Below, piece after piece: positions 11,599-23,677 of a DNA stretch of 24,441 nucleotides; positions within the stretch are counted from its first letter, which is position 1, and each line of letters begins with the position of its first letter. Both the position numbers and the translations under genes were made by a program. The notes beneath the pieces were generated by a model, which saw only the letters and a list, made by a program, of their open reading frames with translations, had not been told where the DNA came from and did no database searches. The DNA comes from Octopus sinensis (lineage: Eukaryota), in contig NW_021836373.1 of NCBI RefSeq assembly GCF_006345805.1, positions 1-24,441 on the forward strand, read 5' to 3'.

Positions 11599-11796
11599 AT
11601 ACCATAAAAAGGCAGGAGGTACGAGAAGGGGAATATATTTATTTAACCCTTTGACATCCTTAAAATTACGGCCGTTTCTTATTTTCAGCTTCGTGGTAGA
11701 GTATTAAACCATATTCGAACATTTTGCTATCTGCAAGAATATTTATTTTGCATTGATGATAGTACCTTGAATATAAATAGTTATCATACCTTTTAT

Positions 11797-12092
11797 CTTT
11801 TACTTATTTTAGTCATTAGGCTATGGCCATGCTGGGGCAGCGCCTTGAAGGACTTTTTAGTCGAATGAATCGAACGCAGCGCATATTTTTTTTAAAGACT
11901 GGTACTTATTCTATCGGTTTCAGGGACATAAATACACCAACATCGGTAGTCAAGCGTTATGTGTGTGGGAAAGGACTAGCACAGATACGCGCGCGCGTAC
12001 ACACATACATATGTGACGGGCTTCTTTCAGTTTTCATGTATCAGATCCCAAAAGGCTTTGGTTGGCACAAGGCTGTAGTAAAAAAACACTTG
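11797..12092 (-). mobile_element. 5'-truncated, diverged copy of the second SINE family
   Basis: tttacttattttagtcatt..ggccatgctgggg..cttattctatcggt..gacgggcttctttcag..acacttg aligns with 4450-4790. Confidence 0.75.
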
Positions 12093-12202
12093 TAATTGCA
12101 CAATACGTAGCATGCATATTGGGGCAGACATGTAAAATGATTTATAATACACTGAAATTATTATTACATGATGAAGGCTGCGAAACGGCCGTAATCCTAA
12201 GG

Positions 12203-12263
<61 letters not shown>

Positions 12264-12309
12264 GATCGTACTGCATTACCTCTGGATATCCTTGTTGCTT
12301 ATTTTGATT

Positions 12310-12360
<51 letters not shown>

Positions 12361-12622
12361 TACGTGTGTGTGTATGTATGTGTGTACATATGTGTGCGTG
12401 TGTGTATTAAAAGGTAGTTTAGTTTTACGAACCTACGTAATTTTAAGTTGCATAGAGCAAAGTCACACTGCTATTAAATAATATGCGACTCAATAACAAC
12501 ACCACATTTACTTCTAGAGGTGACGCAATACTAAGACAAGCATTAAAATATTTTCTCCTAAAAGCTTATTCAACCAGCGACTAATTGTGCTACCACTCCC
12601 ACACAATGATGTGCATATTATA

Positions 12623-12661
<39 letters not shown>

Positions 12662-12662
<1 letters not shown>

Positions 12663-14784
12663 CATTTATACACTACATCGTTAATATCACAATTATTATT
12701 TAATATACAATTAGATTTATCTCTACATGTACAATAATATAAGTCTTATCATTATTAATATTATTATCAAATAATTTCTTTTTATAAAAATTATTCAGTT
12801 ATATTTATTAAATGAAGAAATAATGTTACCAACATTATTAGTGGTAGAGTAACCAACCAACTCCAAAATTATTAAAAGAGAAAATGTTTCTATATTTACG
12901 ATTATCTCTAATAAATTGTCTATAACATCTAAAATCTCTTTAATAATATTCGTTTTACTTGATCTCCATAAGGAACTATTAACCAAATTTTATTCTTATT
13001 AACCTTATTATTATTATCATTATTATAAATATATTTAAATTCTTTATTTTATTAAATTTATCAGAATTATATCTATGTACAGCATTTAAGGAATTATTAA
13101 TATTATTAAATTTATCAATATAATTATTATAAATTTTTAAATTTATTTTTATTTATATTATCCTTATTTATATTATTATTATTATATTTATTATTATTAT
13201 TATTATACTTATTTATATTTTTATCATTTTTATTATTTTTTTTATAATATCTATTATTTTTACCACTAAACCTAACAAAATTATAATTATTATTAGAAGT
13301 ATCTCGAAAATTAACAATTAAATCTTTATCGCTAATATTATAAAATTTAATATTCCTATTATAACCTGCCCCTCTAAGGGCCTCATTATAATAATTAGCA
13401 TGTTTATTAAAAATCTCTATATCATAAGAGAGTAATGAAATACGTTTACTTATATTATTAATCAACGATTTTTTAATAGAAAATGGGTGATTACTATTAA
13501 TTTATATATCTAAGGTTCTCATTAAGTTTATGATATGGTTGTGTTTTACCTGTAATAAGATTAAAATTAACATCTAAATAATTAACATTATAATTCTCCT
13601 TATATATAGTAATACGTAAACCATATCTTTTAAAGAAACTATATAGTTTTTTCTTATATACTTCTAGATTCCTATTAGTACAATTCTTTGTAACTAGTAG
13701 AAGATCGTCTCTATATAAACCACCCTCTATCTTAAGATTTTCTAATTGGAGTTCAGATAAAAGAAAAATACCTACTAAATCAGTAGCCTGTGCAGAATCT
13801 GGTGCTCCCATAGGTATATCAAAACAATCTCTAGTATCATTCCTAGCCATATTTATTTTTATATTAATTAGCGATTTCCTAGCCATTTTAATTACATTAA
13901 CTTCTTCCGTGACATGCCCACTTTATTCATTGCGAAAATAAGCGCTTTATTAAACACAATTTCATTAATAGAAGAATAATAATTATCTATATCTATTTGA
14001 ATAAATTTATAACGATTTTTATCTTTAATATTATTAAACCATTTCAATGTATTATTATTACTAAACCATAATTTTAAATAATTAAGTTTATTTAACTTAT
14101 CAATATATTTATCTAAAATAAATTTACTTAATTTACCTAGGTCCGATTTACATGGGCAAATTAATCTAACTTTAGGGTCTGAATAAAAATTATCTTTATG
14201 GTCTTTAAGAGTAATTCTGGGGTGCAGAGGTACATAAGGTTCAGTTTTATTATCCAACTCATATTTTAACATACTACTTTTTTAGAGGCCTTATTAATAT
14301 TATAAAGAATATCATCTGGAACAATTTTATATTTTTTAATTATTTCTTTCCCTAATAGTTTATCATATAATTTAACATCTAATATATATAAGTTCCTTGT
14401 TTTATCAGATTGTACTATAATACCATCCATATTTCTCATATCTTTAATTTTAATTGCTAAATTCCTTAAATATTCATTATTTCTATTTGGGTATTTATGG
14501 AATTCAATATTTTTTACCACCTTCCATATACTATCTTCAAGTAATTGTAATTCTTTATAAATGGAGGTTCCTTTCTAGATTTAAATTTAGAGGTATAATT
14601 ATCATTCCTACTATCAATATCATTAATAAATAAAAATTATAGTAAAAAGCTTTCCATTTAATTCTAGAAATAAAATCTTTACATTATTAACAAGTTTCAA
14701 GATAAATTCCTTTCTAGAAGGAATAGGAATATCTTTCAAAGATGAATCCCAAAACAGCGGTTCTATCTTACCTGTAAAATCCAT
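12662..14784 (-). pseudogene. Penelope-like element ORF (reverse transcriptase plus the start of a GIY-YIG endonuclease), frameshifted and 3'-truncated at (TA)n
   Basis: ATG at 14784. Motifs in order: SLKDIPIPS..SRIKWKAF, SDKTRNLY, RITLKDHKDNF..VRLICP, FIQIDIDNYYSSI, MGAPDSAQATDLVG, GLYRDD, NYLDV, SNHP..KRIS, YSTTNN, CTCRDKSNCILNNNC..VVYKC. DKT in place of DKG and GLYRDD suggest a non-Poseidon clade (possibly 'Hydra'; recalled, not verified). Confidence 0.88.
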
Positions 14785-15017
14785 AATTTACGAAATTGAG
14801 GTATTACACTCAATATACAAAATTATCAATATTATATAAATAATAAATATTAGGGAATAAATCCAAATTTACAGGGAAAAAATCAGATTTAGGATTAAAT
14901 CCAATTTTATAGTAAAATATTATAAAATATTATTTGAGACAAAACCACTATTTTGCAAAACAAACAAAGAAAGACTTAATCAATACATAAAATTTTAATA
15001 AATAGTCAAAAAAACCG

Positions 15018-15060
15018 CCACTACAATCGTTTCTTGTCTTGATCGACAATCTTCAGGTGG
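15018..15060 (-). ncRNA. Minimal type I hammerhead ribozyme in the PLE 5' region
   Basis: Minus strand: ccac-CUGAAGA-uuguc(gaucaa)gacaa-GAAA-c(gauu)g-UA^-gugg. All core nucleotides are intact; stem I 4 bp, stem II 5 bp. Predicted cut between 15022 and 15021. Confidence 0.85.
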
Positions 15061-15181
15061 ACTTCCAATCTAAAAAATCAAAATTTTAAAATATAAAAAT
15101 AATAATTTTAAATAATTAAAGTATAAATGAAAAAATAAGTATATAATCCATATAAACCTATATATAATCCATATCGAAAAT

Positions 15182-16206
15182 ATAGACAAATTACCACGAA
15201 TTCCCTAAAAAAAACCATAATAAAACAAAACTCTTAAAAACATATAACGATAAAATCTCCCTTGCTAAACTCTATAACAAACCTATAAAGTAATCCCCCT
15301 AACCTAAACATTCACACACAAATACACACACGTAAACCACAGACCCACGACTTATACACATACCTATACTAACTTATAAACCTCAATATACACCAAAACC
15401 CACTCCCTCCCCACACAGACAAATTAACACATACATCCCAAAACCTAAATAACAAACCCATATACACATTCACACACAAACACACACACACACGCAAAAC
15501 ACGCACACACAACAGATACATATACTCCTCACATACACGCATATACATACTCACTAAACTCGACATATACAACAATACTTACACACCCACAAAAAACATT
15601 ATATACATTTATGAGCTTTAACTCACCTTAGCAGCTCTAACAAACAACTTGCAGTAACCCAATCCCATTCTCTATGCCTACCTCACTACTACACTATTCC
15701 ATTCACAATTCCAAGCAACGCTAGTCCACCACCCGGTTATTCACGTGGCAAAACGAACATCACTCAAAAATTATGAAAGAAACAATGTAAAAAAATAACC
15801 AACATCTAAAATAGACAAATTACCACGAATTACCTAAAAAACCATGATAAACCAAAACTCATAAAAGCATATAACGATAAAATCTCCCTTTGCTAAACCC
15901 TATAACAAACTTATATAGCAATCCCCCTAACCTAAACATTCACACACAAATACACACACGTAAACCACAGACCCAAGACTTACACAAACCTATACTAACT
16001 TATAAACCTCAATATAACACCAAAACCCACTCCCTCCCCACACAGACAAATTAACACATACATCCCAAAACCTAAATAACAACCCAAATACACATTCACA
16101 CACAACACAACACACACGCAAAACACACCACACACAATACATATACTCCCTCACATATACGCATATACATACTCACTAAACTCGATATATACAACAATAT
16201 TTACAC
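15182..16206 (+). repeat. ~400-bp direct repeat A (15182-15585 and 15811-16206)
   Basis: Both copies start atagacaaattaccacgaatt and end acaacaata(c/t)ttacac; high similarity by eye. Confidence 0.9.
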
Positions 16207-16752
16207 CCAAACTCATACAGATAAATAAATTAATTATACAATTAAAAAACTCACAACCAATCTCATATACATAAACACACCTATGAAAACAACATTAAAT
16301 ACATCGTAATTAACCAGAATATCAAATAACAATATGACATAAGGATAAATCAAATACATACTTACAATTCAGTTACAAATTATGAAGTGAAATTAAATTC
16401 TTATCCGTTAAAAAACCAAACAAAAATTACGTTACCATAGAAATAACTTATGTAAAAAAAAGAATACGCGCCATAGAAAGTAAACGTCATTCAAAGTATG
16501 AATGGAGAAATATAATAAATGGAACTAAAAACTATATCCACGTAGCAAACAACGCTACTTAAAAAAAATTTATTATGAATGGATTCTTTAAAAACTACCA
16601 TGAAAAATCAATTATATACATTTATGAGCTTTAGCTCACCCTAGCAGCTCTAACAAACAACTTGCAGTAACCCATAACTATTCTCAATGCCTACCTCACT
16701 ACCACACTAATCCATTCACAAATCCAAGCAACGCTAGTCCACCACCCGGTTA
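15598..16752 (+). repeat. ~140-bp direct repeat B (15598-15739 and 16611-16752)
   Basis: attatatacatttatgagcttta...ctagtccaccacccggtta occurs twice. Confidence 0.9.
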
Positions 16753-17489
16753 CAATTCCCAACTCCACCCATACATTCACAATTTAAACGACGTTCCCTT
16801 CCACAACGCTACATATAAGCCTCAACATATACACCGGAGATACACTTACACATCCGTGCGGATGGGTGAGAGTATACATTAAGTGTAGTGATGGGGCTCC
16901 CATTTCATACATTTGTACCTGTGTGGTAGTCTCCATGTGTATATTCACGCACGGGTATAAATACATATTCGTGTATATACTGTCTGTGTGGATGTGTGCG
17001 TGTGTAAATGCATAGATGTATGCATGTATTAATACATGTACATCAGAAAAACCATAAATTTCACACATTGGCTGTAATTTAATTGCCTTCTACAACTGTT
17101 TCGACGGCATATAGCATCATTATTTATGAAATTATATAACTAAAATAAAAGTGAAGCAGCAACTATGCTCTTCGGGAAGAAACAAAATGGTAGAACACCG
17201 TTAGTGATTTCATTTTCTCTTTGTATATTTTGTATTAAAATCTGTAAAGGTGTTCCGATAGCCATTTTTCTCCCGACGATATGGATAATTCATCGCTTTT
17301 AAATTTATTAATTATATGAAGCAATTAAATAAATAATGATGTTTTATGCCACTGAAACAGCTGTAGAGAACAATTCAATTCTGAAATATGTGTGGGTTTG
17401 TGTGTGTATAAATATTTGTTTGTGTGCGCGCGTGTGTGTGCTTGTGTATATTGCATATTATATATTCGAGGTCACGAATAGATTGACAT

Positions 17490-17603
17490 ACAGAGATAGA
17501 TAGACAGATAGAGAGGGAGAGAGCGAGAGAGAGAGAGATAAATAAACAAATAGACAGACAGACAGACAGACAGACAGATAGATAGATAGATAGATAGATA
17601 GAC

Positions 17604-17643
<40 letters not shown>

Positions 17644-17648
17644 GGATG

Positions 17649-17699
<51 letters not shown>

Positions 17700-17700
17700 G

Positions 17701-17777
<77 letters not shown>

Positions 17778-17867
17778 GTAATCGGTTAGACAGAGAGACA
17801 TTTAGGTAACTGGGTAGACAGACAGACAATTAATTAGTTTGTTAGATAGATAGATAGAGAGATAGAG

Positions 17868-17944
<77 letters not shown>
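17490..17944. repeat. Long compound (GATA)n/(GACA)n microsatellite abutting the LINE 3' end
   Basis: Visible. Confidence 0.95.
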
Positions 17945-18306
17945 TGTTTCTTTATTAGCCACACAGGGCTGCACACAGATAGAACAAATTACAAGGTAGA
18001 GCTTTTCTTTTGAAGTTTAAAAAAAAAAAGGAAGGGGAGTTTCGATCAAAAGGGATCGTAAAAGGAGAGAAAGAGGACAAAAAAAGGGGGGTTAAAAAAA
18101 AGGGGGAGAGGAAAAAAAATTGATCAATAGGGATCGTTATAACAGAATGTCAATATGAAGTGTAAAGGGGAGGACAGGTGGTTTACCCGTGGAAAGAAAA
18201 GCCTACGGAAAAGACCACGGTAACCTCGGTCAATGAAGTCACATTTTATATTTCTTTTTTTTTTTTTTTTTGCAAATAAGCAACTCTCTGTTTTCGATTT
18301 CTGGGT

Positions 18307-21300
18307 TCATAGGATCATAGTCAAGGTGGCTTCGTCATTCATACGTGCCATTCTTGCTACATTCACCCATCTTTTTTTAAAACATTCGCTAGACAAAACT
18401 TGCCTCTCTACTCTCACTTTCCTTTTCAAGTGGTACTTGAAGAGTTGATGAGAGATTGACCAGAGAGGAAAGTGTTTGTCTCCAATCCTTTCAGACGCGT
18501 CCACCAGATACATTCTTTCGCCATAGCCACAAGGATGATGAAAATAGCTCTTCCTTCCCGTTTGAAGGAAGGAGGCGTGACAATATTGACGATAGACTCA
18601 GCTGATAAACCGACTCGTCCCACACGTGACAGCAGTTGTTCGACATAAGCCCACAGGTCGGAAATTGTTGGACACTGAACGAGTGCGTGCAGAACGGTTT
18701 CGTCGCTCTGACCGCATCTCGGCAGGTCGGCCCCGTGTTTCTCGAGCCGTGTCTGTAGAGCTTATCCCGAACGGGTAGCGCTTCCCGGTAGCACTGCCAG
18801 GCCAGGGATCTCTGGAAGTTGTCCATGGGCCCTGGCCCGAAAGTCGTCCTGAACAGGCGGGTCAGGTACTCCTCGTCGACGTCCAGGTTCGCCCCGAGCT
18901 CGTCGTCGTACCTCCCCTCCACTAAACCCCTATAGAATGCTTTGGTTGTGTTGAAGTCACTTAAGGTCGACCCAGGACGGCAGAGTTGCTTGAGAGCAAC
19001 GCGACACTCGCGGTGCCATTCGCCCTTCCTCGGCCTCTTTTTGATCCACGACTGCAGTTCGGTCATGGAGACGAGCTGCGGGAAAGCGTGCCTCACAAAA
19101 GGCGACCACACCTGTTCACCGTCGTCTACATAGAGCCAGAGATGTCGCAGTCTCAGCGCGTGTCTGCGCATCATCAACCACGGCATGCCCAGCCCTCCTT
19201 TTAACGGGTGTTGACAGCAAATGGATCGCCTGACCAGCGGGACGCACCCTTTCCACAAGAAGCGAAAGAGGATGCGTTGTAGTTTGGTGATGGTAGGGTC
19301 GGGACAAGGTACGACGGTCAGGCGGTAGTAGATGACGGACGCGATGTACGTGTTCGCCACCTCCGCTCGACCTCTTAGGGACAGTTTCCTCTCGGCCCAT
19401 TGCTGGGCGAGAGTGACCACCCTACTCGTTATCTCGTTCCAGTTCTTCTCCACTTGGAGGTCCGGACCAAACCAGACCCCGAGCAACTCAACCGGGCCGT
19501 CGGTCCAGCGTCCCACGACGGGGGCGCAGGTGGACGGCATGGGCTTGCTTCTCCAGGTGCCTAGTCGCAAGCCCACTGACTTTTCCCGGATGATTTTCGC
19601 TCCTGTCACCGCTTCGTAGTTTTTCAGTGTCTCGCCGACCAGCTCGATGTTCTCGTGGCTAGACACTATGACGGTGACGTCGTCCGCGTATGCAGACACG
19701 CTCGTCCCGCATCCCAATTCTCGCGGGATGCCCCTAGAGTCGCCAGCTTCCGCAGTAGTGGCTCAAGAGTCAATACGTATAGAAGCGCCGAGAGGGGCAT
19801 CCCTGACGGACCGAACGTGCAATGTCGAAAGGTCTCGATAGATGTCCATTTACGCGAATTACCGAACGGATGCCTCTGTACAAGGCAGCTATCCAGCCGC
19901 GGAAGACGGGACCGAAACCAGCCACTCTCAGGACTGCCTCCAAGTATCGATGGTCTACCCTATCAAAGGCTTTCGATTGATCCAGTTGATCAGGGCGCCA
20001 CCCATGCCAGGTTCGTTAACTACCCTGTCTATGATGTAGCGCATCAGATAGAGGTGTCATGGATGGTCCGGCCTGGCACGGCGCATGTTTGCGCCTTGTC
20101 GACCAGTTTCTCGATGACAAGCGCCAACCTCTTGGCTAGCACCTTGGCCAAAATTTTCAAGTCTGCATTAAGCAGAGTGATGGGCCTAAAGTTATCTATT
20201 ACATTTCCTTGTTTAGATCTTTCTTCAGCAGTGTTACGGCTCCTCGGCTCACAAAACCAGGAATGCTCCCGTTTTGCTGCCAGTTGCAGTACACCGCCGC
20301 CAAGAGATCTCCAAACAAGTCTGGCATTCAATTGTAAAGCTCGTAGGGTAGACCATCCAAACCCGGTGATTTGTCCCTCGAGCATTCTGCCATCGCTTCC
20401 CGCACTTCCGCCGCCGTGATGGCACCTTCGCAGCACCCTGCCTTCTTTTGTCGAGAGTCGTGGTAGGCTATGTAGGTAGGCACTGAAGTCCACCCTACGT
20501 TCTTGCCCCCACTCGTTCCGAACAGTCGGGCAAAATGCTGCTGAAAGGCCTCACACATTTTACTTGGCTCGAGCAATTCGCGCCCCTGTTCATCTACCAG
20601 TGACCGAATGGTGGCTTTGTTGCCCTGTTGCGCCTCTGCCACCCGGCCTCTCTCGCGGCTCCAACACCTTCGTTCCTTAGAGCACGCATCCTAGCTCTGA
20701 CAGCACATCCTTCGTGTTTGGCGTTGAAGTGTTGGTCGAGGGCCAACCTCGCCGCCAAAACGTCGGATGCGATGCCGCTTCTAATTGCCTCTTCTAGCTT
20801 CTTAACTAGCTCACCCTCTACTCTATTTCTATCTATGGCTAGTGCTTTGCTGTACCTAATCGCTTCTGCTTTTTTACTGCTCTCTTGAGGGCAAACCACC
20901 ATTTGTTGTTGATGATGGCTCCCGTCAAAGCCCTCTTTACTAGTGTGCTAATCCGGTCTCTGAAAACTTGTCTCGATGGAAAGACGCGTTTAGTTTCCAG
21001 TATCCGGGACCCTGCCTAAGTGTCTTACCTAAGTCTAGCGTACATGTCACAAGTTTGTGATCCGTGTAGCTGACTATGTGGAATTGTGGACATCCTATGC
21101 TATCTCTATCTACTGTCCTACACAGTATCCTATCTAGATACGATCTCGACGAGCCGATGCGGTTGCTCTATGTCCACGTTGGCGCATTCGGGTGGTCTAG
21201 TCGGAACCTGTCAGACAGTTGAAAGCGTCTGAGCAGGTCTCTGAGGCATTTGCATCCCCGTCTATTCCTCTATCTCTACCCACGTAGTCTACATGCGTGT

Positions 21301-21737
21301 CCAAGGTAGCATTCCAATCCCCCACTAAGAGTAAAGGACGAGACGTTCCCAAAAAACTTCTAGACGTTGAAAGAAGTCCGCCCGACCTGTAAGGGCGGTG
21401 CGTAAACTGATACGAGTCGAAAAGCGCACACCATTGCTGCCGTCGACATCCAGGACGACCAGTCTACCCTCCGGGTCTACGAATATTGTCCTTACTTTGA
21501 GATCCAGACTCTTGTGAAAAAGTACCGCGGTGCCACTACCGCCCATTCTCGGCAGACAGGGGGGAAAATAAATGTTGAACTGTCCGCCAAACATGGTCTT
21601 TAGGGCCCGCGGATTGTGGAGTTTGGTCTCGCTTATGGCTATGATTTCTAACTTATGTGACTTTATGTCATTTAAGAGGTACCCTGTTTCCAAGGGGACC
21701 CCAAGCCACGCGCATTTACACAACCAATCTTGATCAT
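18307..21737 (-). pseudogene. LINE ORF2 (APE endonuclease, reverse transcriptase, C-terminal CCHC), broken by several frameshifts
   Basis: Motifs: MIKIGCVNARGL, IIAISET, DPEGRLVVLDV, KSPGLDGLPYELY, FRPITLLNADLKILAKVLAKRL, QGCPLS, SAYADD, LLGVWFG, KGGLGMP, ETVLHALVQC. Stop at 18307. Confidence 0.92.
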
Positions 21738-21768
21738 AGTTCTAATGAATTAGAATACAGAGGGTTAC

Positions 21769-21953
21769 TTACTGCTCGAAAGTTTTTGCTTTCTCCTCCG
21801 TTGGTTTGTCCTCGAGAAGATCCCAGTACAGTTTCTTTGTGAGATATTTTTGGCATTTACCAACCGCACTGGGGAAAATGCCTTTGAGTGTGTGGTGCAG
21901 ACTTTTGGAGATGTGTAATATTTGGATGTGGTCTGGTGGTGTTGTGTATGGGT
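21769..21953 (-). pseudogene. Putative C-terminal remnant of LINE ORF1
   Basis: Open frame HPYTTPPDHIQIL...EKAKTFEQ* ends ~30 bp upstream of the ORF2 ATG. The call is positional only. Confidence 0.5.
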
Positions 21954-21980
21954 GATAGATAGATAGATAGATAGATAGAC

Positions 21981-22051
<71 letters not shown>

Positions 22052-22110
22052 CAAACTGACGGACAGGCAGGAAGACAGATAGATAGATAGTCAGAGAGAT
22101 AGAGAGATGG
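21954..22110. repeat. (GATA)n microsatellite at the LINE 5' junction
   Basis: Visible. Confidence 0.95.
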
Positions 22111-22287
22111 AAACACAGATGGACTGTTAATGAGAAGGGAGAAAAGGAAAGTGAGAAGGAGAGAGTGAGGGAGGTGATTGACAGATAGCAAAATACGGAG
22201 AAAAGCAGAGAGAAAGGGAGGGATAAGATAGTCACTTTAGAGAGATCGAAAAAGGAAAAGAAAGTAAAGAGAATATATATATATATA

Positions 22288-23335
22288 AAAAACTTGATGG
22301 AAATATTGACCTTCTGTGTACAAACTACCTATTTCAGTTTGGACACTGGTATATATCGACATGAAGAGGTTTAGCTATGGTTCGCCGTTATCACCGATAA
22401 TAGCCAATATATACATGAGAATTTGGCGTTAGGATCAACACCACTAAAACCAATACTATGGCTGCGATATATTGATGACAGCTTTATACTCTGGCCTCAC
22501 CAAGAAGATGTCCAATTGCTGTTAGATCATATGAACTCAATAAAACCATCCATGCATTTCACAATGGAAAAGGGAAAAAAGGACAATCAGCTAGCATTCC
22601 TGAACGTATTAATAACACGCACTAAGTATGGATTGAAGACATCCGTATATCGCAAACCGACCTTCACTGGACGGTACCTCAACTTCAATTCCCACCATCC
22701 ATACAGTGTAAAGACAGGGATTGCTCAGTGCATAAATCACCGTGCAAAGAATATAAGTAGCGATCGTAATTCACACCACGAAGAAATGATCAAGCTCAAT
22801 AACAATCTATTAAGCAACAACTACCCCAAAAACATACTATCAACTCCAATTATGAAGAAAAGAGAGAGTGAAAACAATAAACTGTCTACAGTCTGTCTAC
22901 CCTATGTCAAATGCCTTTCCGAAAAGATACAAAAGATATGCAGCCCATATGACATCAGGATAGTATTCAAGAGGAATACAACACTTCACAAACAACTCCT
23001 CAACTCCTCCGGGTAAAACCACCAATAGAAGAGAATATGACCAAAAACTGTGTGTGCTCCATCCCATGCAGCTGTGGTAGCTTATACAAAGGCGAAACAT
23101 GCCGCCACTTCACGAGGAGATATTGTTATTCGAGTATAGCAGATCACATGGAAAAATGGAGATCACCTCCTCCAGTGGGATGAAGTTAAAATAATAGACA
23201 GAGAACACCACTGGAAAGTACGAAAACTAAAAGAAGCAGCACATATGCTAGGACACAACAACCTCCTAAGCAGACCGAGTGCAGATATGAATAGCATATG
23301 GGAACCGGTATTAAGGAAGGATAGGAATACGAATG
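22288..23335 (+). pseudogene. 5'-truncated Penelope/Poseidon-type PLE ORF (RT C-terminal half, thumb, GIY-YIG)
   Basis: GLAM(G)SPLSPIIANIYM (frameshifted), WLRYIDD, LAFLNVLI, SVYRKPTFTGRYLNFNSHHP, LPYV, NCVCSIPCSCGSLYKGETCR, REHHWKVRKLKEAAHM. Begins right after (TA)n at ~22273-22287. Confidence 0.9.
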
Positions 23336-23631
23336 TGCATATGTAACAAAAAATACAAGTGATTTGCTCCCTTTAAAAGCCATTGTAGATCTAAAGGTCA
23401 TTAAACATGACTCAAAAATAAATCATTTGTCAGCGATTGCCATTGACATGTAAAGAATTGATAAATACCACATATGTAGAATCAATGTAGACAGCAGTTT
23501 GAAATGTTTCACCAAAAAGGAAAACTGTAATCATCACTAAATGTGACTAGGGTGTTAGAAACACCTACATTGCTACATATAAGGGCTAACATGCTCTAAT
23601 GGTGTAGTCAAAGCAGATAATTGTATACATG

Positions 23632-23675
23632 TATACTGACAGGGACAGTTATCATCCGAAAACACCGTTCGTGTA
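23632..23675 (+). ncRNA. Decayed sense-strand hammerhead motif downstream of the PLE
   Basis: tata-CTGACag-gga(cagttatca)tcc-GAAA-ac(acc)gt-TC-gtgta; core and stem I are mutated. Confidence 0.45.
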
Positions 23676-23677
23676 TT

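Larger units (their letters stand above)
17945..21953 (-). mobile_element. Tx1/L1-clade non-LTR retrotransposon, 5'-truncated within putative ORF1, embedded in (GATA)n
   Basis: GC-rich island with an APE-RT-CCHC ORF2 and a ~360-bp 3' UTR ending ...gccctgtgtggctAATAAAgaaac. (GATA)n lies directly at both junctions. Confidence 0.92.

Noticed and set aside
10579-11707. Long ORFs (319, 284, 204 aa) of MYVC/HTYI repeats
   Set aside because: Translations of the (GTAT)n array, which is largely stop-free; no coding signal.
12163-12195. attac-aTGATGA-aggctgc-GAAA-cggccg-TA hammerhead-like string
   Set aside because: C3 is missing, there is no stem II, and stem I is out of register; at best a remnant.
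15061-16800. Mitochondrial control-region NUMT, suggested by the C/A skew and duplicated blocks
   Set aside because: No mitochondrial tRNA, rRNA or protein motifs recognised.
18942-20888. Plus-strand ORFs over the LINE
   Set aside because: Antisense shadows of the GC-rich ORF2.
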